In this document: positions 1 to 12,700 of the stretch, piece after piece
Layout of the letters: every line of letters starts with the position of its first letter
Position numbering within the stretch: position 1 is the first letter of the stretch
NCBI GenBank assembly: GCA_002633005.1
Contig: NMRA01000263.1
Location: 24,692 to 88,691, forward strand
Source: Phoronis australis
Lineage: Eukaryota; Animalia; Phoronida
Length of the DNA: 64,000 bases
Reading direction: 5' to 3'
The notes under the pieces: generated by a model
Seen by the model: only the letters and a program-made list of their open reading frames with translations
What the model was told of the DNA's origin: nothing
Databases searched by the model: none
Translations under genes and position numbers: made by a program

Positions 1-1596
1 AACGCACACACGAGTACACGCATGCCTGTCAATCCACCAATCCAGAATTAAAGTGGACACTGGATGAACAACATTTTTTAATATTTGACGACCACTTTCA
101 GTTCAATGAACTTGAACATGCCTGCACTTAACCGCACTATGCTAGCAATTAAACCAAAATAAAAGAATAACTAATCTCAATTTTCCACTGTTTTGTTTCT
201 TGGTCGATTTTAAGGCATTCACACCGCACTACTTTTTGGAAGCTCTCTCGTTGTTACATAGCTTACTTAGGTCAGAGGGCTAGACCATACACATCTTAAT
301 ACTATAGACCGGGCGCACGTGCTACTGCAGCTGACAACTTAACGCCATATTGCAGAGTGTTGCTAGTCACGTGACACGGCTAATTGCCATGTAAACAAAC
401 GGGGTAAAATGTCCTTCTCAAAGCGCGATATCTAACAAATAAAGAGGCCAACAAGTGTGTTTTTTTCCAGAAACATAAAAAACATACATGTGATGTCGCA
501 CTTACATGCGTTTTTTTAAGAGCCAATCTGTCGATAGGGAAGATATCAAACTAATAGAAGATCACAACCAATGACAGATTCTCGAATCGTCTGAGCGGCT
601 GCACGCTTGTTGTCCACTTTGAGCGTTTTATTTTTTATTTTTTTTTTGTTTTTTCAAGAGAAACCAGTGAGATCGTGCAAATTTATCATTTAATTCGTTT
701 CGCTCGATGCAAATACATTATATCCAGGAGACGTGCTGCTCACTTGGGACGTACTTTTTTTGTGCCCAATAAGCCATAGTTTTCAGTATTGAAAATGACC
801 CCGGGTAACTGCGTTAAATCAAAATACGACCCAGGTCGCATTTAATGGGGGGACTAAATTTAGTGTGAACTACTGTGAAAAATGACCTCATTGGAGTCAT
901 ATAAATGACAGGTTTTTAAAGTTCATTAGGGCGTTCTCCCGCTCCGTTATTTTACCAGACGTACAGCGGTTGTGAGCGTGCGATAGTCTTAACTTCGATT
1001 GTATAGTTGGACGATTTTGGTAATTCAAAAACTTTAAGCGTGACCAGTATTTGATGGGGAATTCAGAAATGTCATTGGTTTAAGTTTTAACATTTAATAA
1101 CTCAACTTATTTTTAACACCTCAGCCCAGTGCGTCGATAACATATGATCTTATTGGAGATTAGAGCAAGCATCTAACAAAAGAGAGCTGACCCTCCAACT
1201 CTAATTGCCAGAATGGACTTAATCAGTCGTCAGTGTAAGATATTGGCTAAAGCGGTCATTCGCCCGACTTCTGCTATACAACCTAACAAGTTAGACTAAA
1301 CGGGAGAACTCCGCTCGGGATTGCCAACGGACAAATATTCTTCTCTCACGCATGGTATTCCTCTCTTCCGTATCTGTAATCATCCCCGATCACGCACAAG
1401 ACACTTGTCGGTGTTTTGTAGTATCCCCACACCGTGAAATTATGTGCTCACAAAGAGATCTGCCCCGCTCCCCCACATTGTTTCGAACCATTCCTATTCA
1501 CCCCCGCCCTTAATCTGACATACGTACTGCGCGTCCCTCAGCCGCCGAGAAATTTAAAATAAATTCTTCTCCCACGCACGCTTGGCCTCAGTTCTC

Positions 1597-2345
1597 TGCA
1601 GTGGATGAAAATCTGACCATGCTTCCAACAGGAGGCATTTATAACGGCTCATCACCTGGAACGGGATACCATTGCCCTCTGGAGGACTGGGAAGTAATTT
1701 GAATTCACTTCTTTAAACGTGTCACAACTAGTCACACACTCTTACAATGTATTCAACTATGTTCCTTTGTACCTCCCACAGCGCATATGAAGTATCTTCT
1801 CACTGGTAGCTGGCACCATGTAGTCAGCCCACACTGCTACTCGAAAGTCTCCCATTTTTTCACCTGTGTCAGTCACAACAAACTGCATACAGATAGCAAA
1901 ATGATAACACTAGACTGTCATACCACTCCAAAAAGTGAAGTTATTGGGGCACTGGCCGCCATACAACGTCCACGGATATATAGTCATCAGTGGTTTTGCC
2001 TTTGCCTGCAATTGCAAATGAATCTTTCACCTTAACACTGTCCCCCGCTTTCAACGCCCTCCATCACAACTGTGGCATAGCGTTTATCACCCTCTGCCTG
2101 GTCCTTTCGCGAACATGCTCCTAAGACCAAAAAAACTTGTCTTTAAGACTAAAGGCGAAAAGTCAGAAGAGACGCACCGTTTAGTGAACACAAAGTCGAA
2201 TTTTGGTCTTCTGTCTTAACATAGACATTAATTCTATTTTGACATTGAGGATCGTACAAACTACGCTTTTGGATTCACAAAACTAAACGAGGCGGTGTGT
2301 GAAATGCAGTTTCAAGAATAATATTAGTATTGCAATTCTAACCTG
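1597..2345 (+). repeat. Duplicated segment (partner 20056-21770)
   Basis: 1597-2070 is highly similar to 20056-20530 (agtggatgaaaatctgaccatgcttc...ccctccatcaca) and 2069-2345 to 21508-21770 (actgtggcatagcgtttatcaccct...); the second copy has about 1 kb extra between the two parts. Confidence 0.85.
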
Positions 2346-3649
2346 TGCCACTTAGTATCCGAAGTTCAATTACACATTGGCTATTCTAAATGTGTATGCG
2401 TCAGATGTTTGACTGTGGGTTTGTTTAAAAGGTAGCTATGCTTTGAGATTGTGCGTAGATGGAGAGTGTATATTCAAATTCAGTAATTAATTTATTATGT
2501 GATAACCCCTAATTAGACAAATGAAACCTATTGTTAATTAAGTAATCAACTACAAAGAGTAACTACGCTAGCGCCCTCTTTAAAGATTACTTTAATCAAA
2601 CAACCAAAACGATCAAATGTCTTATCCGCTATCCAAGCTAGGACTCTCCACTTGTTGGATGTGTGTCCTGTTGGTGAATCTTCGACCTACACACACACTG
2701 TATAGCAACAGTGTACTTGCTGGTCACCGTCTCTGGTGATGCAACACTTGCGGGCAATTTCTTCTACCCGCGATTCTTCTTGCTGGTCACAGTCTCTGGC
2801 TGATGACGCAACAGTTCAGGTAGTATCTTACTACCCACAATGCAAGTGACAAGCTCTTAGTTAACTTCCTGTTCGTCAACCCTTGCCCTTTCCAAGATCC
2901 TTTCTAGAATCTTCCACGAGATGGCTCTGTCGTACAATTGCTTCTGTACAGCGTAGCAAGTCCTTATGCTTCAAGTACTATAGCGCATCTAATTATCTTG
3001 TTGATTTCATTGCCCATAATATAACATTCTACTTATTTAGTGATTGGCTAATAAAAACCACATGATCATATCCACTCATATTATTGGCTGTTACAATTTG
3101 TTCTCAGAATATTCTAGAATCTCTAGAGTACTTTGACCCCAGAACCCAAAGTTGTAAACACTGTCTAAAAATAGATTTCGACGTTAAAATACATGTCAAC
3201 AAGTCTGATCCCATGATTTAAAAGTACATGTACATATGCACAAATTTTGGGCAACTTAAAATGGATCTATTCTTACTAATTACTAAATCAACATTTATGC
3301 TGACAGTATGTTATCTCTTGTAAGTAAGGTACCCATCTGGTACCTCCGGTAAAATGATTAATTGTATAGCCGTGACCCTGAAATTATTCCCAATACAACA
3401 TAAAATATATATTATTCTTGTCTTGTTTATTTGTCCCCCATTTTCGCATTTCCTCAGGACAGATGACATAATTTCGGCACACAACCAAAAGGTAGGGTGA
3501 CAGGGGCTCTGATCGTCCGTTGAAGTAGTTAGATGTAAAACCATAGTAAGTGACTGAAAGTTGACAAAGTCTCTTTCATTAAGTATTGTGAACTAACAAA
3601 TAATATCGTCACCAAAATTGAAATAGTGCAGAACTTTCTTGAGGAATGC

Positions 3650-5040
3650 TTATAAATATCTCTTGTGTTCTCTCCGATAAAATGACCGAGGATAAAACCA
3701 GTTTGTTTAGTATGAATTAATACATTTAAGGCAAATTTTATCCTATGGGCAATTATGCTGAAAATAATTCATAACTTGAATTTAGCAAAAAAATTGGTTT
3801 CCAATTTTTCATATCTTAACTTGGTTTCTTGACCATAGGAATCAATGTAATGACACCTTGACGCAAAGTGGTTGGGAGACTGTAATAAAAGAGTTGATCT
3901 AAAATGGCGATATCTCTTTAAAAAACATTGTAAAATTCTACAGGAACGCCATCAGTTCCGGGAGTTTTATCATTTTTCATGCATTTAACGGCAGCGGCTG
4001 CTTCACTACACGTTATTGGTCCCCGGAGTTTTTCTTTCAAATCAGCGTCTAGTTCTGGTATATTTTCAGGAGACAACATATCTTCTAATTCATATTGGAG
4101 GGAGACAGTTACTTTGGCTGCATATGGCCTTGCATAGAATTTTCTGGTTGCACACAGTATAGATTTTTAGTCTGTCAAGCTTCGTCCAGACTCGTCTTTA
4201 AGTTTTTGAACATACTTCGGTTACGTAATTGCGTTTTTCTAAGTTACCGAAATATTTGGGCGGGTTTTTTTACTATCCTCGACCCATTTTGCCAAAGATC
4301 TCAGTATCATGTCCTTCATTTCGTCTTTTCTAATATCTTCGTAATCTTTCTGGATATCTGAATAAAATCAAGTAGCAGAGCAGAATTAGTGTTGCACATC
4401 ATTTTACTTACAAGACTTAATTGCTTCTCTAAATTTTCCCATGTCCATGTTTTTTGAAATCTGAATAAGACAAAGTATAATTTCAAATATTGAATAAAAT
4501 CATTTCAAGAAAAAAAGAGTCGTCTATAGTCGACTGACTGGAGTAGATATCAGAAGTTCAATATTCCTTCTCGGTTATAATTATGTCTTTCACATTACTA
4601 GTGTACTCTGCATCACGTAACAAGGACTTGTTAAATCGTCAGAGAGATTTGCCTCTAACAAATGTAGAAGTCTGAATAGTAGTGACAACACAAAGTTAAT
4701 GAGTTGTATATCCTGGGGACGCCTCGACATTTTCTATGCAAGAAGAAAACTTGTCTTACAACAACAAAAAGTCCACATGCGCTTGTTTCTAAGGGTTAAC
4801 TCTGAACCAAGTATAGCCTGTTGTATTTGGATTACGTAATCACCTATGGTCAACCAAATTTTTAAAACTGCGTCATCAGACAGACAACTTGTTTTCTCGC
4901 AACCGGATTGTTTTGGTGCTTGTGTCATATACACGCATGATTGTAATCCTCCTGAATCAAATTCCAGTCGCCGCAAAGGATCACGAACTCTGAATTGTAG
5001 AATTTGTAGTCGTGTAGTCCAAGACCACTTTAAGCAGGGC
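3650..5040 (-). mobile_element. Decayed L1/Tx1-clade LINE ORF2 (APE endonuclease + RT N-terminus)
   Basis: Minus-strand translation gives ILCGDWNLIQ (~4950-4982, APE motif), TLRQGVITLIP, KNWKPI and QTGFILGHFIGENTR; many stops. 3655-4370 is similar to 49470-50140. Confidence 0.75.
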
Positions 5041-8000
5041 TCTAAAAATTCAGGGCCATTCTTATCGGGACCATAAATATTAGCTATCGTTACTGAGGCT
5101 CGGTGAACAAGTGTTTTCTACTTTGGCAATAACCGAAGGAGATATAGGGTCCCTTGTTGACTTGGTATGTCGAAAGCGTGTTGGTCTACTCTAAAATGTA
5201 TAGGGCTAAAGGCAGAAACGTCTTGTGTAAACCTGTGCCGTATCCGCGCTTTTCCGAGTCCCACGGGAAAGTGAAAAGAGTCAGAGGGTGGTCAATTACT
5301 AAGTTGTCACAACCACTACAAAACGCAACACCTCGACATTCCTGAATATACTATAAATTACGGAAAAACAAATGAGCAGAATGTCTGACACTAAACACAA
5401 CTAGTGTTGTAATTGGTTGTCCCGATTTTGCGTAGTAAGTATGTTTCGAACAACAAATGCTCGTAGCTGGAGATCAGCTTATTGAAGAGACCTGGAACGC
5501 GAAAACAGAATAAAACGCATTATTCAAAGTGGTTCCCTGCCACTTAAACCGAATTCAACCTGCTCACCAGATATGTTTAAGGTTTGTTCGTAACGATTTT
5601 GAATTTCTGAAGTTGTCAAAGCATTTTTTTGTTAGTTTCAAATTAAAGGAAACGATCTGTCAGCTGCCCCTCACTTGGTCGATTTTTCTCCAACAAGGCA
5701 AAGCACACCTCGTTATTTGGTATGGCAAGACATAGGCGTAGCAAATTTCTCTTACACGGAAAATATGTCCTTTGACCTTTGATGTATACGAAACAAAGAT
5801 GACTTTTAAAAGCAGCAGCCAATCCAATTGAGAGGCAGTTGATATAAGTTCTAACTGTTTAAAATTAGTTATAAAGGTGTCGTAGTATTCAAATATATTA
5901 TAAAACGCCTGTGGAATTATTTTTTGGAAATTACTTGCTTTTAGGCTTTCCTCATATTGTGCTGTCGACCATAGACTTGGAGTGGGATCACGCATGATAA
6001 TCCACCGTTATTTCTATCTTCATGCACGCACCCAGGGATGGCTCTTCAGAAATTCGAGACCCACATATTAAAGGCTGGGTGTGTGCATGATCTTTTCAGT
6101 CAGCTGTTTGTGGAATGATTATGAGCGAATACCCTCATTTGTTAAGTGGAAGGGAGATTAGAACTCTGGGATTACTAAGGAGTTTCTTCTTCGCATATAT
6201 TTCAAGAATCGTGAATTTTGTGATTTTTTCTAAAAATTCCCTGACAGGGGAAAGCAAATTTAGTTTTAGTGAAGTTGAAGAGTTTGAGAGTAGAAGACCA
6301 ATCCATGCGTCGTTGGTAGCTACTTGAATGAACCTGGGGCTTCTTGTGGAAACTCGCGTACTGAATTTTGAAAGTATTAGGTAATACAAATTCAGGGCTT
6401 CCACGTGATCAGAGTGGTGCTCCTAATGTGTTGCTTGGACCAAATTTGCATAACTGTGCACGAGTAGAAAAGGACTGTTGAGAAAATCGGTCAACAAGAC
6501 CGTGTTTGACAGCCTCACAGGGGTTTCTTGTCTCGCACCTGTAAGTACACCAGCAAAGAGTGCCATTTCCATGTTGCTACTGTCACGGATGAAAAACATG
6601 ACCTGTTCACTTTAATTATCCGTCAAGTTCGTGAAGTGGTTTAATTTTCAATTTCGTTTAATGGTTTCAATAACTAAAAAGCAATGTCCAACTGTGGTTT
6701 ACAGTAAACACATGTCCTATGTAAGTCTCTCCACGTAATCTTTACAGGCTCTCGTTCTTCAACGGATGACCTCCAATTACGGATTAATGGTTAACGCCTC
6801 TCTCCTTTCATTAGAAGTATCATTTAGAATCAATTAATATTGAAATATATACCAGTATATTGAATGAGGCTGCCATTAATACGTGTCATGTATGTTGGTC
6901 AAAATGCTTCGGTATAGCAATTAACACTGAGTGTCGCCGTTGATCACACCTTGCTGTGGAGGTAGCTCTTTGGGCGTCTTATCTTCAATGTAAGTTAATC
7001 TGTTTCGTCCTGATGACTCAAGTAAATTTAATGGTAAATTGACAGGAAAATTGAAAACTCATAGCTGTGTGTATCGTTGTATTATACTCGCAATACAGAT
7101 ATACATTTGATGGTTGTGGGGAAAATAGCTCTAACGGATTAATAGTCAGAAAATTAGAAGCGCTGACAGACTGTCTTGAGCATGACATAGGTCTGTTTCT
7201 AAGAACTTGCTTGTGTTTTCATGTGAAACATATCTTCTACAATCAGCCACAAATTCCAGCTTTCAAAGATAACTTGCCAAAGAACGCAGAACTCACGTTG
7301 TTGGCTGATACAAATGCACATTCCTTTTACGTTGTCCAGGCAATATTGATTTCATTTAGAAACATGCAAAAGTCGTTTCCAAGTTGGACCAGCACCCAAA
7401 AGGGTCGTTTCAAAATTGTTGTTCCTTTTTACCCTAAGAAAACTGCGACATCAACTCATTAAACATCTTTCTTCATTGCAATAACTTCTCATTGAAAAAG
7501 AACTTGAATGAAGGACACGACTCTCTTGTAAAAGAATATAATTGTCAGTGTATTGGCCAAGCAGTAGCTTTTTGATGTTTTGCTCCATTGGTACATCGGA
7601 GTATCACGAAAGCAGATTTGCCCAGTTACCAAATGGTCTCGGTTTCTCCGTAGCCTCTGGACTGAATTCCCACTTGGAGACTATACGTTTCATAGGACAC
7701 CTTTCTGATCAGTTACCTCTCCATATATAGTAACTGTGTGACACGGTTTTAATTTATTTTACTAACTAGGACATGTTACAATTACAATTTGATAAATAAT
7801 ACAAAATGATAAGGTACCCAACCAAAATATGCTTATCAGTCGCTTTGATATATTTTCTCAAAAACTGAGAGGTACAAGGATACAGGGAGGTGTTTTTACA
7901 TTCGTAACTTAATTCAACATAATTTTCAAATTCAGGTCTTAATGCATATAATCTAAATAAAATTTAAGTTTTCATATCATAGAATTATGTATGAATGCTG

Positions 8001-9729
8001 CAGTATTTTATATTTTACTCTTAAACCGGTCACGTCTTTGTAAGTTATTTAAAGATCAACAAAAATAAAACTCCTTATATATCTTACAGATCCTATGTTG
8101 CAATTTAAACATTTTGTTTCTTCAAGAGGTGTGCATGCGTAGCTTCTCGTTTCCAGGTGCAACGGTAGTATCCTTGCGCGTAGCTGTACCAATAATTACC
8201 GTTGGCAGTAAGATAACTTTAAAGTATCAACATTTTCAGTACAATGCTAAGTCTTATGCTTAGATAAAACGTTTAGCTGTAAATTTTAATAGTTAGTCTC
8301 GTACCAAATATTTTTGAGCTTTCAAAGCGTGTCTCTTTAGCATTGCACGAAATACATATTATCGAAACATATTTTGTTATCAGTTACATCAAAAGCTGTC
8401 CAATTATTTCTATTAACAGAGTCATCCCCCAAAGTTTGGTAGTTTAAATACCCTTTTCCAGAGACCAGAATAATTTTATTCTGTTATTTGCTGGTTCCCA
8501 TCCCTGTTACCATATGAGGCATGATTTGGACTACATCTGTAATTTTCAAAAAAACCTCATTGTTCTATTTTGAACAGTTTTGATACATTTTAACTCTTTG
8601 CAACCCTCAAACACCAGTAGAATAAACCAAAGTAGCGGATATTTACTCACTAAATAACGTAGTAAGGTTTCGAATCTTTCATTTTCACGGAAACATTATT
8701 TACTTTTCCCTCAACTCTACCTTTATTTGTCACTGGCGTTGCGAGTTTATTACTCCTCAAAGATTTGTGATTTGATAGATTATCATGCACTGAGTTGGTC
8801 GTTTTAGGCTAGAGGGACAGAAGCCTATCTTCGTCCTTCATTATCTTAGCTTGTGGCGTTCTACCGCCTCTCCCNGGTTCATAGTCCTCAGCTCTTTATG
8901 CAACCACATGTTGCATTATTGCTATTACCTCTGTTCGGGCGTTTAGCGTCCCGCGATGCTGTATCTCGTGAAGGGCTTGCACTGTTAATGAGGTGTAGTA
9001 GATGTGTTTCTATGAAGATTTTTATAGATGTATTCCAGATGAGACCCTAGCTGAGTTCGGACAGGTCTGATTACTGTGAAGACCTCTATTCCCGATTATG
9101 TTTTTGCGTTTGCTGCCGTATCTCCTTATTTTAATCATTCGTAGGAGCTTTGTAAAATTTAACAAATGTATGCCTAAGGAGCTGACGATGGATGATAATT
9201 GATTTTGAACCTATCCGACTATCCTTATTATATATTCTAGTGGCAAATTTGTTTTTTGTAATTTGGCAAGTGTATTCCTATTAACTTGAGAACAGATCGA
9301 ACGATCTGACTGCCGCTTGGCCTCCTAGTGAAATGTGATTGTTTACGTTTATCTCTGTATCTTCTAAGTTTTCAACGGATTTTCATGAAACGTGACCAAT
9401 AGTTTTCTATTAAGGAGACAAGGGCACCTGTCCCTTTGCAGACAGGTCGGCGTACTCTGCACCATCTAGTTGTCAATTTTGTAATAATAACATCCCTAGA
9501 GGCTTAACTCTTGCTGTGCAGTCAGGGGCGCATTTCAACGCTTCAAGGAGCTCTTGTAAATAACTTATGCTCACTGCTCTTGTGTGTACAGATTCAATTC
9601 TCTTTGCTGAAAAAGCTGACCCTCTATCGCAATGTTTGTGGATATTTGGAACAGCTTCAGTGCACCGCCCATCATCGGGTTCTCGCTTTGTTCAACAAGT
9701 GGAAATTGGTTTATTTCAGAATTCCAACC

Positions 9730-12700
9730 ATGGAGTACAAACCATTTGAGAATCTTGCTGAGAAAACGCTTCTTTGTATTCGAGGCCGAGTTTTAGTAAC
9801 TACAGATGAAGAGATACAAACTTCTTTCTGGGCTAAAATGAAGAGAATGGGACTAAACAAGCTTTGCGTGATACTTCACGAGACCGAAGTGAACCGCTTC
9901 TGGTGTGAAAAGATGAAGTCTTTGGGAATCATTGATGAGTTTAACGTTGACGGCCTGGTCCACGAAAAAGAGGATGGTCGTGCGGTTGAAGAAATCAGTG
10001 CCGGAATAATCAAATGGCTGAAGGAGAAGAATATCAACGTGAGTGATTGCCTTGAACAGCCGTTCAGGACTTTAAGTCGCAGCAACTAAACAGGAATTCA
10101 GTGTTACTTGATAAACAGCCTTCGAGATATTTCCATACCTAATAGAATACTTTTCTTAGTATAATGCAAGAAAACGTTTGTATCTGTAGAATTTAGGCCT
10201 ACGTCGCAGAAAAGTTGGAGACCGTCAAAAAATAATTCTCCATCCTACAGAACGGCGATCACTTCAAAACACGCATTTTTTAATGTGAGTCTATTTTTAA
10301 GGCTGCTTCGTTGTTTGACGCACGACTGTTCCTTGAAGCAGATATCAAATATCTAAGAAAGTTCCCGAATTTACTCCGATTTCACTTCCCTATAAAACTA
10401 ATTGTCAGTTTTGCGTGCGTTACACTGTCTAGAGGTTTACTTGCAATTACATTGTACAGGTAAATGCTTGCTACTGTTTTGGCGACTTCCTGAATGTGGT
10501 TGGAAGTTTTGTATGTGAAAAACTTGGCATTCCGGGGGACAGCTACGAAAGTAACAAGGTGTGTTTAGTGAAGGATGTCACGCAGGAATACGTGCTTAAA
10601 ACTCCGGAAGCTGCGAAGGTAAGTGATGTTAATTTGGAAACTCAGACAGGCGAAGGAAGGTCATAAAATTCATTGCATTCAGAGATATCAATTCTATAGA
10701 CGACAGTGCCAGTATCCAAAAATGATGAACAGCCAGTCAAGCCATCTGACAAACTCTCTACCAAACTTAGATGAAAACTTCTTATTTGGATACTAGCGGT
10801 GTTGTGTTTAGTATTGATTGCTCTGCTTGCAACGAGTTTTGTATCTGTGTGACTATCTGCGACGATGGCTTGAAGAACACAAAACCTACCACAACACCGT
10901 TATTTTCAACAGTTGCGAGTCGCCGACTTTACCACTACACCACTCAGCGGCTGACGTCATCGAACGTGAAAATAGAATACTTAAATGAGCACGCGCAACA
11001 ATCGCATGTTCAGCAAAGGACATTGCACCGACATTTATACGCTATGAAAAATAAGACGCATGATTTCCATAAAAACGATATTTTAATTCAATAAAATTTT
11101 TCTCTCGTGTTCTCTCACTTGTAAATCACCGATATCCAATTTGAATGCAGGCGTCGTGTCGTCGGGATCCTTTGACTTGAGCATTAAAGTCAGTTACTAG
11201 TGGTAACCTACTTTAGCAGACGATATATACCCGGTCGAAGCTTAGCGTGATAAAATGAGTAGTAAGCTATAATAGATTCACTTTATTTCTATTTTGTTTT
11301 ATTTTTCATTTGGTTTTGAGTAAAAGCATTATTTGACAACAATATCTCGGCTCTTCTTAAAAAGTCACGACCTCCGACCCCGGGCCTCTGACATAGAAAG
11401 TAGTTACAAAGCCAAGGCGAGTCGAGAAAGGTAGATCGATTCATTTCAATGTTTCAGTATGTGGTATAAATAGATTATTACATGTTCTCAGTCGTTATCC
11501 CCCTTATCTAGAGCCCTCGTGGATTTTGTAGAATTGTCACCCACGGGGCTAACGCCCCTCGGGCGATAATTCTCTAAAATACACTCGAGCTCTAGATAAC
11601 GGGAGATACGACTTCGCCATGTAATAATCTATATATATCACGTAGCGACTGTTGATCTCATACCCGGCATATTAAAGACGCGAACACATCCTTGATCCTT
11701 CTCATCTTGTATAACAACAGTGCTTCCTCCAATTTACGACTCTTGTCCTGGCTCCCGCTGATTTTCTTTGTGAGTGTAATTATCATGTTTGATCGTTCTG
11801 CTGGGTTTATCGTTTCCCACTGATGCTACTTCCAGCAAAGAAACGAAACGCTTGGATCACGCATACCGTATGAGGTGTTGTAAACATGAAGCACTCATTT
11901 GTCTTCTCGTGAAGATAATATGGGACTTCAGTTAGGTGAAAATGTTTGCTTTGATATCATATGTAATCTGTGTTGCCCTCAGCATCATTCTACTTAGAGT
12001 CAACTTACCCCGTGTAAATGAGCGTCTTCTCCCGTTTTGTGATAGCGGAAAACGGTCACCAGTTAAATTTTCTTTCAGTATGGCGTGCCTAGCTACTCTG
12101 TAAATACCCAGAGAGAATTACTGGCGGCGTTAGCCAAATTAACGTTTCCTGTTGTCATGAAGCCTCAGTGTGGAAGCGGTTCGGTTGGTTGCAAGGTTCT
12201 CTACGACACGGCCAACTGTTTAGAATTCTTCAGTGAACTGACCACTGGTATGTCATGTGGTACAGCAGTGTGTGAAAAGCTGTCATACACTCAGTCGGTA
12301 AGATTTGATTTTAGTGCAATGGGATAGCAGGGTGTGGCAAAATTGTTATATACTATTTACAACGGCAAACTCTCCAGTAGCAATAGTAAAATATAGTGCG
12401 TTGTAAGGATGTTTCGTTTCACACTGACCCCATACTATGCATACATACGTTTTTATGTCGCTCAGCCTCCTGGTATTCGGATAAAAATATTCTGGTGGTT
12501 GGGAGCTTTCTCAGTTGCATGACCGTAATGTTAGTTGAGGACAAGACAAATTGAATCAAACTATGGGAACTAGAATTCACTAGATGGTGCAAGTTGAAAC
12601 AATTGTCCTTCTCACTGAATGATTTGATGGTAGTTGCATTGGGAACAGAACACAAGCTCCCTCATATGCTGATGAACAGGGGCGCCTTCCGTGAACACAA

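Noticed and set aside
1787-2035. Conserved small ORF pair (with 20230-20472)
   Set aside because: Similarity extends equally through flanking DNA, stops differ and no domain is recognisable; a by-product of the duplication.
2498-3304. Possible solo LTR (TG...CA, CCAAT words, short internal repeat at 2716-2815)
   Set aside because: No target-site duplication or convincing terminal inverted repeat found.
9511-10089. ORF-track extensions of ligase exons (also 39221, 43229, 60777, 63128 starts and read-through tails such as VSDCLEQ...)
   Set aside because: They run through splice acceptors/donors into intron sequence and are not conserved in frame among paralogs.
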